Shown one piece after another: positions 1-12,989 of a stretch of DNA of 64,000 nt. This stretch comes from Adineta vaga (Eukaryota; Animalia; Rotifera), in NCBI GenBank assembly GCA_021613535.1, contig CP075493.1, positions 15,872,001 through 15,936,000 of the forward strand. The letters run 5' to 3'. Under the pieces are notes generated by a model. The model was given only the letters and a program-made list of their open reading frames with translations, ran no database searches and was not told where the DNA came from. Every line of letters begins with the position of its first letter. Within the stretch, counting starts at the first letter, position 1. Position numbers and translations under genes: made by a program.

Positions 1-615
1 TACCGTTCGATAATATTAGTTCACCAATTTATTACAATGTATTTATTGTAATGATCAACATACTTGAATGATTAATCCACTGGTTTGAAAAATGTAAGTT
101 ATGTTTTTTAATGTTGCTTGATTTCTATAGTGATGAATTTTAGGGAACAAATTGTGCCGATTTAATTCAAGGACATTACATACCAACGACTTTCATAAAA
201 AAATTTCTATTTTCATTATTTTATCAATTTTTTCTTCTTATTTGCTTTCAATTATTTTATTCTCGAACATTATATTATCCATTCGTTTTTTCTTAGTTTT
301 TAATAAAGATACCACTCGTTAACGTATATTAATTTCATAGATTTAGCAAAAGCCATTGTATATTAGATTCATCTTCAAGGTGAGTCTGGATGTAAATAAA
401 GAAGCGAGATATCCTTACATATAATAATCATTAAACCTACTTTGAAAGTTTTTCTTCATACATATGTTGAAAGAATAAATCTTCTGCAAATCACTGTTAA
501 CGGATCAAATCAAACTTCAGCCACATGTTAAGGATTTGAATCGATAATAACATATACAATCATCATGATAAAATATGAAAAATGAAGAAGCAGATATCTT
601 ATATTCGCACTCTCA

Positions 616-713
616 CTTGAGGGTGTGGGTGTGGGTGTGAGTGTGGGTGTGAGTGTGGGTCTCTTCTCCATTATCAACTCTCACCCACACCCACACCCAC
701 CCACACCCTCAAG
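616..713. repeat. Inverted pair of telomere-like (GGTGTG)n repeats with CTTGAG/CTCAAG termini
   Basis: CTTGAGGGTGTGGGTGTGGGTGTGAG..., short spacer, ...CACCCACACCCACACCCACCCACACCCTCAAG. TGTGGG is the reported Adineta vaga telomeric repeat. Confidence 0.85.
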
Positions 714-830
714 AATATTTCACATAGTCATACATGGAGAAGACTTGAAGATATTTGTTAGTTCGCAATAAATTATAATCGTCAACAATTTGACGAATCG
801 TCAAACACTCTCTATCAATGTAAAATATAG

Positions 831-1115
831 AGAGAGAAAATTGCAAAAAAATTTAGCATTAGGTGGAGAAAGTCAATTTTTAGCAGGTGACATTGGTTTG
901 GTTTATGACATTGGTCATCCATCATTTGCTTATCGAAGTCAATTAGCAATAAAACAAAAGTATTAGAACCTGATGGGTTAAATTGGAATCATGATACTGT
1001 TGGTATAAGAATACTTCACGATTGGGCACAAAATGAAAATTTATCTTCAACACTCATTGAAGATATTCCTAAAAGATTCTGGCGTTATGATCAGAACAAA
1101 CCATGTATACATTGA
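831..1115 (+). pseudogene. Frameshifted exon-like fragment of unknown family
   Basis: After an AG acceptor it reads RKLQKNLALGGESQFLAGDIGLVYDIGHPSFAYRSQLA, then in another frame KVLEPDGLNWNHDTVGIRILHDWAQNEN. No flanking exons found. Confidence 0.35.
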
Positions 1116-1370
1116 CACTACGACTAACAAACATCTCTTAAAAATGTATATGACTAACAATGCTTTCCTTTGATTTACTCCTTTTCTTTCGTCGTAGTTT
1201 CTCATGATAAAAGAAAGTTATTTTCGCCCAGTTGTAGTATATTTCAGAGTAAAAATTTTACAATTTATTCATCGTTATTAAACAGGAAAATCATTTTTGC
1301 AATACGAACACTTCAATTCTAATGACAAATATAAATTTATTTTCTCATTCTCTGTTTATTTGTTATTGTC

Positions 1371-2432
1371 ATGGATTCTTTAAAACAGTATATGTTGAGT
1401 TTAAATTTCTTTACATCATCATCACCGCAATAATAATGATCAAGAACGTCAATGGAATATTATTGGAACTCGAATTTATATTGTATTTTTCATATTAATT
1501 CTCTTTATAATTGGTCTTGGATTGATACTGATGCAGCAAACAATAGTTATTACTATTAAAAATCCAACAAAAGAACAATATGAACTTCTTCCTAGTGATA
1601 CGAAATGTTTATGTTCTCAAATTTCAATTCCTTATGGAAAATTTACATCATTTCAAGTGATTTTATAAATGAACGATGGATAAATACACTAAATATTCAT
1701 GATGATTTAATTTATTTAGGTCTTATTGATTTTCGAAAATATGGTAGTGCTCAATTCCAAGCAATTGCTGGTTTTTGTCGTTTTGCTAAAACTGCTGTCG
1801 ATCAAATTATAAGTAGTTCATATTCAAATACATTGCTTAAAACAGAAATTCTCTCACAATATACTCTTCAATATCAAATACAAGCATGGAATAATCAATT
1901 TCGACTAACATCATCGAGTATATTCAAGTCTTAATTGAGATTAATTGATCAAATGACAACTAACAATTTATTAATTAATGGTTTAGGTACAGATGCTCAA
2001 TTTCGTTTCACCGTTACACAAGATGCATGGTATATGCAATTGATTGCAAGTGGTTATTTCCAAGATGATAATGATGCATGTTTTTGTGGATTACATACAT
2101 GTACTAAGGTTACAGCGACGATTGAAAATATATTTCAATTGCTAACATTGGAGGACAGTTTTTCTAAATGTTCATTCAACAGTACAAACAATATTTGATA
2201 ATTTAATGATAGAAGATTGGGTAATTAATATTTCTTATGATAAATATTATCTTGAATGTTCACCATCATCATGCACTTATTTGAAAAAATCGCGATACAC
2301 TGCTCAATTTATTCTGAAGAAAATTATAAGTTTATTAGCTGGTTTAACTTTAATACTTGGATTGATTATTCCCTTGATGTTTTAAATTATTCAAAAATTC
2401 AATAAGAAAACACACAAACCAAAAATTCCTTG
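1371..2432 (+). pseudogene. Degraded unit of the 2-TM Cys-rich ectodomain family
   Basis: TM1 GTRIYIVFFILILFIIG, CLCSQISIPY, SSDF..W..DFR..FC, YDKYYLECSPSSCTY and TM2 IISLLAGLTLIL match the intact units. Frameshifts/deletions and an in-frame stop at 1932-1934. Confidence 0.8.
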
Positions 2433-2739
2433 TAAATATCGATTAATTTATAATAGTTTGTGAAACACGATCTACAAGAGAGTGTTAAAATAGTTGTGAT
2501 GAAAGAAATTTGCCTCCTCCTCACCCGTTGACCGATAAGTTTGATAACACTTTCATAAAGATACTCGGTATAGTGACCTATCACATCACAGATGTGATCG
2601 ACAGGCTAAAAAAATCTCCTCACAAACGCGATCGATACTCCTGACATATCCTCACACTATATAGGTAACACCAAAGAAACCAGTGGCTTAACCAAAAGTT
2701 TGAGAGTAAAGGAGCGAGGTGGTTTGGTTCGACACATAA

Positions 2740-2913
2740 AGAACCTTCTGACGGTTTAGTAGAAAACCTACAGAACTATGTATGAATTTCTGAACCTAAA
2801 AAGGTTTTCATCAGCAGCTATGGAACCTTTTTCACTCTACCGAACTTATAATAGTTCGGCGCAGAACTACTGAACCTTTGAAGTTCAGTAAGGTACCTAT
2901 TTTTTTTAGAGTG
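2740..2913. mobile_element. One end of a CACTA/EnSpm-like non-autonomous element
   Basis: Clustered GAAC(C/T) subterminal motifs ending in TTTTTTTAGAGTG (reverse complement CACTCTAAAAAAA). Partner end not found. Confidence 0.45.
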
Positions 2914-4010
2914 CAGAATATTACTAACTACGATAAATTAGAAAATGGACGACGCCAGAATTGAAAGTTTCCGATCATATTATATCTGACTGTTTTTTAT
3001 TCTTAATTTTAATGCTGCATTTGATGTATTATAGTCGATTTTCACACAAGAAAGAAATCGATAATAGTGTTTCAATTTGAATAATTCATTTTAGGTTATG
3101 ACAGTTCACGAACTGATGAATATTTGGGAAACATTAACCAGAAACTGGCATGAATTTAACAATATCTTAACTTATATACGACAATCTCATTAAAGTTCAC
3201 ATAGTATATAAATGCTGCCTAGTAATGTGAAAAAGTTTCGTCGAACTCACTTGCTTTCTGGAATACGGATCAAAAAGAGATTTGAAATATCATACAATGG
3301 AAACTTGGACTAATTCTCTTTCAAAGAAACAACTGATGTCTTAAATAATGGTCCATCTTATCTTTCAACATACACATTTGCGACGCTATCGTGTTTTTCA
3401 ACCTCTTTCCATACGTCTAAGCAAACGATTCTCTTTTAGCAACATGAGATGAAGGATGATCAAGATCAACGTAACAGCTTCTATGATTAGTCTGTAAACT
3501 CAGGTAGGCTAATGATACTTGCCATATCCATTTTTCATACATTTTGTACTAACGGTTTTTCTAAATCTCTCAGTTACATCTACTTTACGGTGCATGACTA
3601 TCTACTATGCGTAAACTGACTTGTTGAGATATGTTGTTGTTTGCAAGATTGATTTTCATTTCATGTCGAATCGTTATTCGTTTTAGGAGCTGAACAAAAC
3701 CATCATTTTGCATATCATTTTGTCGAGTTCTTTCCATTATTGTTTTACTATTTGAATCACATATTTTGTCTTTTTATCTCTAGAAAAATTTTGTTCATAC
3801 TGACTATAGGTGTATCGTGACATTTTTGTTGATTATGGTATATTATTCTATTAATAATAATAAATACTGTTCAATATGTATAGTACTTACAGTACACATA
3901 CATAAGAGGAGAAAAGAAAAAAATATGCCTTTCTGCCGTAGTGCAAAAAAAGGAATGACAAAACGAAATTATTTGAGAAGAAGATTTTATATTATAATAT
4001 GATTTTTAGC

Positions 4011-5007
4011 TTATTGATATAAGATAAAAGAAATATTATCAATGGCGCCATTGCTATATGTGCCAGTCGTGCGAATAAACTGAACAAAAACTTGAAAAGA
4101 ACGAGTACCGATTGGTACAAGACCATTTGCTTGTCGAAAAACAAGTGAAGTTATACTAGCACGATCTGAAGCCAATACTGGTCCAATAGTCGTAATATTT
4201 CCAATTATTTGATTAGATTCATCGAAAAACATCAGTGAAACTAGACCATTATCATCTTGAACATCAAGACCGCCAATCCAGGCAGAAAAATTAAACCAAA
4301 CTGTTTGATTATCGATTGAAGAATGAAGAAAACTTGTGATATTTCTTGTTTGCCACATTGTAGTCAAGTCACTAGCTTGACCATAGAAAAGACAACTACC
4401 ACGATCACTATGAAAAGAATAATATTAACTGAAACAAATTTGGAATTTTCTTCTTACTTTGGTCCTGAATCTGTCCAATGTAGAACTGAATTTGTATTAT
4501 TATAATATGTTTGAGTTATCGTTCCATTATATTTCCAAGCAGTTGGACTTTCAATACCACCATCTAATGTACATGGACCACTCTCTGCATCACCATTAAT
4601 TACCCAATTTCTTTGAAGGACTTAAAATTATATTAAATCAATGATATTTCCTTCAAAGAATCACATTTACAATACTTACTAGCTGATAAAGATCTATCAT
4701 CGATGGCAGTAATAGTCACAATATTTTGTTCATTTATCATTTGTCCATATGGTCTAATAATATCAGTAAATATTTCACATTCATTAGTTAACTCATTAAA
4801 AATAGCTGTTCGACAGTTTATATTATTTAAACAAGCTAATTGACAAGTTTTTAAATTTGATACCGAAACAATTGCCAGTGGTGAACATTGTGGATCAACA
4901 CATTGATATCGTTTATTATAAATAATTGATAATTCTATTGTACAGATATTTTGTGAAAATAATTGATTAGTAAATGTGGAAAACAATAGTAAGAATATGA
5001 ATCTCAT
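4011..5007 (-). CDS. Secreted PAN/Apple-domain protein with C-terminal beta-sandwich domain (3 exons: 5007-4680, 4620-4458, 4407-4011)
   Basis: Signal peptide MRFIFLLLFS; CQLACLNNINCRT...CEIF PAN pattern; GT-AG introns join NGDAESGPC and DRGSCLFYGQ...MWQ segments. Confidence 0.75.
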
Positions 5008-5899
5008 ATTCAAAGTAGAAGAAAATGAATTGCCTTTTCAAATGCAAGTTTTATGAAAAAAAAAGTTTTATAAGGAAAAAGGGCATTGTATTCTGCGTCA
5101 TAAAATGAATTTCGAGATGAAAATTGTATAAAAGTGGTTTAAGTGATTTAATGTATCAAAAATGTAATATCGTTCCTTTGAACATCAGTGAAAGAGGAAG
5201 TATTCATCAAAAAAACTTAATATCCTTATTATGAATGAAATTGATCGATTCAAGTATTTGATAGTTCTTCAACTAAAGTATTGTTTCATTACATTCTCTA
5301 TCATTAAAAATATACTGAAAAGGTGGGAAAAGTGGGAAAGGTATAATAAAACCTTTTCTAGTGAATACCTCTTAGTTCTGAAGAGTGAACATCTCTTTTG
5401 GTCCGAATAATGGAAAAAATCTCCGCATAGGGAACGTATACGTAATAAAGTATATACATGTAAGAAACAAATAGACAATTAAAAATGAATAGTGAATAAT
5501 TATGTGAATTTTCTATTTATAATTCTGATCTGAAGGTACGACATGTTGACATTTTTCACAAATTAGAATTAAAATATCTGCAAATGAAAATAACAGTTCA
5601 TGTTGTCTATTGACTAACGAATGCAAGATTTTGTTCGGTAATATATGTTACATGATCAAGCGCGATGCGAATTGATAAAAGAGCATTAGTAAGTGAAAGA
5701 AGTGCTTTTCTATTATATACATTAATTAAAAAGAATTCTAGTAGGAAATGTACGCATTCAGCATGCTATCACATCCATAATCCCGTATATCTGGAAGAAA
5801 ATATCAACATAACTTCATATTTTATTTCGCAAAATAGATTCCAAAACAAATGTTTGTTCACAATGAAATTAAACTAGAAAATGTTCTGTTCATTAGTTG

Positions 5900-6400
5900 A
5901 TGAATTTGATTCGACGCTTCTCCGTGCAAAAAATATCGATAATATCTTCCACATCTAAACTGTTTGCTATATCACTCAATCGATTATCACCAATACTGTT
6001 TCGAAGTATTGTTTTTATTCTCTACATGGTGGAAAATGATCTTTCTGCCTTTGCAACAGTCACTGGCAAAACTGCAAACATTTCAAATAAACGATATAAA
6101 TTAGGATAAAACGACTTAATTGGAAGAAGCGAATTTAAGGTGAAAATAATATTTGATGGTCGTTGATCTGTTGAAAGGTTTTTCCATTTATGCTGCCATA
6201 ACTCAAATTCAGCTTTAACTAAATCAGCATTTTTGCTGGTAAATCACTTTCATGAAATTTAAATATATTCTCGACGTCCACCAAAGTTTTATCAACAACA
6301 TTTGAGAGTAGTAAATCGATAATATAAATAATACTTTTTTGATGTTCACTAAATCTTGCATCTAATTCTGATAGAGTTGTATGTTGTTAGTCACTTTTAG
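5900..6400 (-). mobile_element. hAT transposase remnant (C-terminal dimerization domain)
   Basis: Minus strand reads YPNLYRLFEMFAVLPVTVAKAERSFSTM*RIKTILRNSIGDNRL, the hAT LPxxxxxxERxFS motif with a stop. Confidence 0.8.
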
Positions 6401-6416
6401 TAGTTTTTTTTACTTT

Positions 6417-6880
6417 TTGAGGGTATGGTTGAAGGTGAGATTCCTATGTGAGGTTTAAGAGTGGGTGTTGGGTGAAATCCACTGTCGTGGATGAACGTGG
6501 ATTTCAAGGGTGTAACCTAATGATGGATGACGATGAAGGTTAACGAATATTGAATGAGAAGCAATGATATTAGAGTGTGCTTGGATGAGGGCTTGTGATG
6601 GCATTGTGAGAGGGTGTAGGTGGGTGAAGAAGAGATACTTTGACCCACACCCACACCCACACCCTCAAGAGGTTTTTTTTCTTTGTTCAGATAATTAAAT
6701 GTTAAATTAGAGAAAGAGTTTTGAAAAATGGGTGAGGGCATGTGAAAAAGTTTGTAATAAGAATGAGAACATCTCTTCTTCTTCATCTCCATCTATCTCC
6801 CGTCTCCAAGGAAAACTTCATATAATCCTTAATTTACATTCATATCCAGCGTATATACTTGATTCCTACCCACACCCTTT
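6417..6880. repeat. Cluster of degenerate telomere-like inverted repeats (best pair 6610-6669)
   Basis: TTGAGGGTATGG at 6417; GAGGGTGTAGGTGGGTG...CCCACACCCACACCCACACCCTCAAG at 6610-6669; CCTACCCACACCC near 6870. Confidence 0.75.
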
Positions 6881-7031
6881 CTCTATGATATAGATTTCGC
6901 TGATTTTCGAAACATTTTCCTTTTGTAAATGTATATGATATTCTTTTATGTTTGAATTAAAACTATTTTGTATGTATGAAGAATTGAACTCTTTCTTTCG
7001 TTTATTTCAAAAAAAAATTATATGATTTAAA

Positions 7032-8817
7032 TTACCACCATACAAAAACTGAATTCCACGTGACCTGCATTGTTTTACAATGTTGAGGTAAAGTTTTAAG
7101 CTTGATTAGGTTATCCAAATGAATACGTTGTTGTTGATTTGTGTCTATCAATGAGAATAAAGCCAAATCACGTGTATTTTCATTATTTTCATTTAGTAAA
7201 AATTGTAATACTGATTCCAAAAATTCCAATTTTATATTTGTTGTAAGACATCGTAAATGAGGAAACAATTTAACAAGGAATTCAACTTCATCTAAAGTAC
7301 AACGACTTCCATAAGTAAGATTTCTAATACAATTTGTTTTCGATACCGATTTTAAGTTTTCATATTGTTCAATAGTTTTCCTACTTTCCTCGTTAATAGG
7401 TGTAAATTTAAAACTTAATGTATGAAGATTAGGTGCATAAGATAAGAGTTCAATTAATTTCAATAAAGACAAATCATAACAATTGATAATTAAAGTATTT
7501 AATTGTTGTAATGGTAAAATACGAGTAAGATTTGTTGTAATCAATTCACACGCAGCTTCAGAAAAACCATTTTCTAGAGTAAGTTTTGTTATATTTGGAA
7601 AATAATAATTACATTTTTCCATCACTTTTTCTTTTTGAATCTCAACATGATTAACTGATCTGAAGAATTTATATTCATCTTCACAAATCACGTTACTCAA
7701 CTGTTTACATATTACAAAATATTTATTTCTAGAACACAAAATAAATATTTTTTAATCTAATTAAATTAGTATAAATATAAATACCTATATGGATTTGTTG
7801 AATAAAGAATTCTATAATGATAGTATTCTATTGCACTTAGGAAACGATAATCCAAAAAGAATTGTCGGTCAATCCAAAATGAAGATCGAAATTGTTTGAT
7901 TTGCTCATCAATTAAATTCAGATCCGTATCATAACCAACAGTGATGAAGAAATATACATTAAATATGCGTAAATTTGGTAAATATAATGCAATGATTCGT
8001 TCCCATTCGTTAGCATCCAGAAATTGTATACCGAGTGAAAGATGTAAAACTTGAACAAATGGAAAATAATTTAAAAAAAGCTCTTGTAATTCAATAAATG
8101 TCATAGTGTCATATAATTGAAGAGAAACATGTGTCAAGTTCTTCATAAGGCAGGGAGACAGATTTGCCTGTTTGAACGAACGATCTTTTTTTAAAGATAC
8201 TTTTAAATAACGAAGACGAGGAATATATGATAGAAAGTTATTCAGCTGGTACCATTCTATCCTCTCGTCAAGAATTAAATGTTCAATTGGACTAGAATTA
8301 TTCATGGTACATGGTAATATATCATCGAGATCCTTAACTCCAATTGATACTTTACAGAATTTCAATGAAGGGAAGTGGAATATCTGTTGATATATCGAAG
8401 CTTTATTATTATCAACCGGCTTTATTGTACTGATAGTCAATGATGATAAGTTTGATAATAAAGTTAATTGATGAAGAAGATTTTTCAAGCAATTTGATTC
8501 GATATTTTCGATGGTTAATGTTCTAAGAAACGTTTTCTCAGATAATGCAAGTATTCGATCGTCAAACATGAAATAATTCGAAATCCGGAGAGTATCAATT
8601 CGATGTGTATTCGGTATGATTATATCATGATTGTAACGATTGAAAATCGATTGAGACATGGGAAAGAGATTGATTTTGATTGGAAGAATCGATTCCATTT
8701 GAAGAGAATGAAATCGATAGTTTAGATTAAAAAAACCTTGATAAACATGATAATAATCGAGATTTGCAAATACTTCATAAATGACTTCATTAGAAAGATC
8801 TTCAAATCGTGTAATAC
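7032..8817 (-). CDS. F-box/LRR-like protein (exons 8817-7785 and 7728-7032; first micro-exon near 8914-8878 uncertain)
   Basis: ITRFEDLSNEVIYEVFANL F-box motif in frame upstream of ORF 7766-8698; LxxLxL repeats; GT-AG intron 7784-7729. Confidence 0.8.
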
Positions 8818-10209
8818 TTTAACAAATGAAATGAGAGTTAGTAAGATATAATAAACATTTTTTTATGTTATACTCACTGATTGTTTATTGTTGTTGATTG
8901 TCTTTTTCCATCATTGACACTATGAAAATCATGAAAACTATCAGTTCGACAATGTTCGATACCTTCCATTAAAAAATCTAAAATTTACAATCGCAATAGA
9001 ACTCAGTAAAAACATGGTTTAAATAGTGTTGAAAGCACGAACATGATTTACAAGAGAAAAGAGAACAAAATCAAATTGTTTAAATTACTTAAGTGCATGA
9101 CTAATATGAAGCACGTAGAATTTGTTAAAAAATTCTGACAAAGAATAATGTTTCTGAATTCTCTGATTTCAAAATAACAAAGAAAGGGTAATACTGTCAA
9201 GATTGCTAAAACGATAAAGGACACACAGAATATTATAAACCAATGATGTCGCCACCGGTTCTATAAACTTGATTTGTGTGTATAACGTAATTCTACAGGG
9301 AAAGTTAATCTAAAAAAGAACGAGTTCTTGGTATTATTTATTTTGCAACGGTGGTATACTATTCTTACCTTTGGAAAAAAAACTGTATTCTACTTTGATG
9401 TATGTTGACGTGTAAAGAACTTATTTTCATGTTTGTTCTTACCAATCTTTCAAAATATAGAACAAAACAAAATCATCAAGTAATCATATATATGAATTCA
9501 TTTTGAAAAGATCTAGTGCGGGAGAAGATATATTTTCCTCTTCATATTCATACTCCGAAGAAAGATACATGTATATTTATAACAATAGCTTTGAATTTTC
9601 TTTTCTAAATCAAAATAAAATACTACATGATGGTGACCTCATCGAAAAGGATCGTTTTTTATTCTCACATCTGTTCCAGAATCTTTGACCTTTAAGAGTA
9701 TCGAATGACGATGTAGCTTTTATTCTAACTATTTATCCATTTCCTCTTATTCACGGTTTTGGAGACCTCTTTCACTTCATGTTTTAAAAAATATAATTTT
9801 TCTTTCATACTATTCCGTTTTGTAATTCTACTCCAATGCCCGATTATTAAAATGTAATTTTATGATGTATGTTTAGTATATTTATTTCAAATGAAAGGAA
9901 AAACTATAAAGAAACTGAATATTGCTTTGTCATTGTCTAGGAAAATAAATAGAAGATGAGTTTTCAAAAATTAAAATGTTTGTTTGAAGATAACACTATC
10001 ATCGAATCTAATTAAAAAAACACAAAATAATATTTCAAGATTGAGCAAAAATGAAAACAAGATCCACATGCATCTAAACGCTTTGGCAATTTCTTCTATG
10101 TGCACTCTTTTATATTATATGAGTATATGAGAATTTTATTTGTTAAGATCATAAAAACAAAGAAGAAAATCATGAATTTATGTTTATAATATTCAAGAAG
10201 AAATTTCAT

Positions 10210-11541
10210 TTATTGTCCAAACGAGATGCACAGATTGTCAACTATAAATTGAGTTCCATTTTGTGTTCGATTATTATTCATGAATCCATCTCCCACTGAA
10301 ATTGTTATAGTGTCAGTATTCGTATAGAAACCACAACCTATGCGCATAGCATAGCCAAACTTTGACATAAAATTTAGTACAGATGTAATCTGACCAGAAC
10401 GGTAAGTGAGTAGAGTAACACTGAGAGAATCATACCAAGCGCTATATATACTCGCACCATCAAAAGAAAAACGTGTTCCATTTGCTGTTGAAATTGTTAC
10501 ATTATTACCATTTACATTATGCATCACAAAAGTTCCACTAGGAGCAGCACTGCGATATCCACCATCGACGGGAGTTGTTGAGACATTTATATATTCAGCA
10601 TTTGTCCAATTGAGATTTTTGTAACCATTGGGAACAACATTTGATATACTTGATTGATTGTCAATATCATCGAAATTAACCAAAGTTGTACATGCTTAGA
10701 AAAAGAGAATTTTATTTTCTAAAATTGTTATCTTAAAATCTAATTCACATACTAGGAGTTGTTGTAGTTGTTGATGTTGTCGTGCTCGTTGTTGGAATTA
10801 CTATCGTAGTATATCAGTAAATATATTCTTAGACTATATAATATGTCAATCATACTGATGAATATCTTAGTTATGAAAACAATTCTCATTATAGTTATGC
10901 TGTAAAGGTAGTTATAGAATCTAATAAAATCAATGATAAGAACAACTGAAAAGATATTTCTCATAATTTTATTACATCTGAATTTCCTCTTTTTCTTTTC
11001 AAATTTTTTGAAGAAATATCTTACCTGTACATATTGACGCTATGCAACCAATGTTCAAATCATCCCGACACCAATTATTCTCAACACATGTATCACCAGC
11101 AAATCTTTGATTTAAACACATAGATCCGTTCCAAAAAGTACGAAGAGGACATTTACATCTACCAGATAAGATATCATAAGAGAGATATCGATTGTCATGA
11201 CATTGATCAGACGATGCATTATATGAACTGAACATTGATGGATCTGTTCCAATCCAACCGATTATACTTGGTAGACTAGTAGATATGATACTGCCTGTAT
11301 AAATCCATCCTTCATACAAACGACATTGTTGTGTAATAGAGTCAAAGTCGAAAGTACGGCAGAACATATTTTGTAAACAGTACATGGCACATGATGCAGT
11401 AATATCGACATTTGAAAAACTAGATAAGAGTTGAACGTTATCAGCTGGTTGAAATCGATTGCCCTGTTCACTCAGAATAAAATGCTCACCTTGAAAACTA
11501 GTCGTAGTTAACAAACAGCAGAGAAAAACGATTAATTTCAT
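10210..11541 (-). CDS. Secreted protein: PAN/Apple + EB-like Cys module + Thr-rich linker + C-terminal beta domain (exons 11541-11025, 10800-10753, 10694-10210)
   Basis: Signal peptide; CAMYCLQNMFCRTFDFD..CRLY; CKCP..FWNGSMC; phase-compatible GT-AG junctions. Confidence 0.75.
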
Positions 11542-12270
11542 CGCAAATGAAAAGTGAACATTGGAACAACAGATGGATTTATAGAGTCTTCCATGCTATA
11601 TGAAAAATATCTGCCGTTACGAAGTCATAAAATAAAAAAATTCAATTTTCAGATTAAAGTGTTCATGACTTTTTTCAACTCGTCAATGAAGTTTGAACCC
11701 CAACGATGATCATACATCTATATGTATTATTAATTACTTTCCCAAGAATAAAGAAGATTGAAAACGATAAAAGATCTCGAAATACTTTTTTAGTATACGT
11801 ATAGCAATCATCTAATGAAAAAAATTAAATGATTTCAACTATTTTTCTTCTCGTCAATCTTAGTATAACAACACAACATCGGTTTACCGAAACTTCTGAC
11901 TTTTTTTACATTTATTTAAAGAATCATATGCCATATGGTTCTTATACAGAAAAAAAAACAACTTGCTAGTTAGAAAAGTAGAAAGAATCTTAAAACTATT
12001 CCATAATGGAACATTTTGTATATTCAAGATACAAAAAATGTAGAAACTGAATGGTTGTAAAAAGTTACTTTTACTTTCGTTTCATTACACTTTTAGCTGT
12101 ATAACTTTTTTATTACTATATTTTTTTATTTCCTCATTTTAGAAATTGAATATTACAACATAAATTTTCTTTGAAGAGTATCTTAATATTTCTCATAAAT
12201 AAACTAGATATAGTAGAAGATCATTTATTTAATTTTATTCAAGTTTAAACTTCAACTTTTTTTGATGTAG

Positions 12271-12873
12271 ATGGATATTGAAATAAGAGATGCATTTGAA
12301 CTGGCCAATGAAACTTATCGTGTCCGTTTATCAAAGAAAAACGAAAATTCTAGACTAACTGGTTCATGCGGTGAAAATTTAAATCAAATCTGTTCACAAT
12401 TAACTCATTCATATTCATCAGCTTCATCTCAAACAAATAATGATAATATTTCTTTCCCGTTACCAAACGACGATGTCTTCGAGAAATTACTGAAATAAAC
12501 AATTTTAACGAATTTTCTATGTTAAGTCCAGATGGTGATACAAATGAAGCATTCGAAAAAAATGACTTACTTTGTTCTACTCAGCTTCATTCTTATACTA
12601 ATATATCTACTGGTGGTTTTTGTAGAAAACTTCTTCAAACATTTCCTCAATCTAGACTTTCGAAAAGTGAACATTACACATTTCTTCGTTTATCTCATGA
12701 TGCATTACCAATTGCAAATAGCTTACCGTCGAGTATGAACAAATTATTATTATCGTTCGAGATGAAAAAGAATTTATTTGTTAAAAAAAGGGTTTGTCTC
12801 ATATGTTCTCAAAATATAGTTGATGATATAGGTTTTTGTCCTCAGTGACCGACTTCTAATGAGATAAATATTG
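12271..12873 (+). mobile_element. Truncated N-terminal fragment of a CACTA/EnSpm-like transposase
   Basis: LPIANSLPSSMNKLL...VCLIC...FCPQ* pattern resembles animal CACTA-type N-termini. Contains stops and ends abruptly at the 12874 repeat. Confidence 0.5.
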
Positions 12874-12939
12874 CATCTTGAGGGGTGGGTGTGGATGTGG
12901 GTGAAGGAGTCGTCTCGCTATGCCCACACCCTCAAGATG
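12874..12939. repeat. Telomere-like inverted repeat pair
   Basis: CATCTTGAGGGGTGGGTGTGGATGTGGGTG...GCCCACACCCTCAAGATG; the 11-bp termini are perfectly complementary. Confidence 0.85.
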
Positions 12940-12989
12940 TGTTGATATCTTTAATTAGATTTTTATTATAAATTAGATTATTTATTAGT

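Noticed and set aside
3240-3700. Possible decayed coding sequence on the minus strand
   Set aside because: Multiple stops and no recognisable family.
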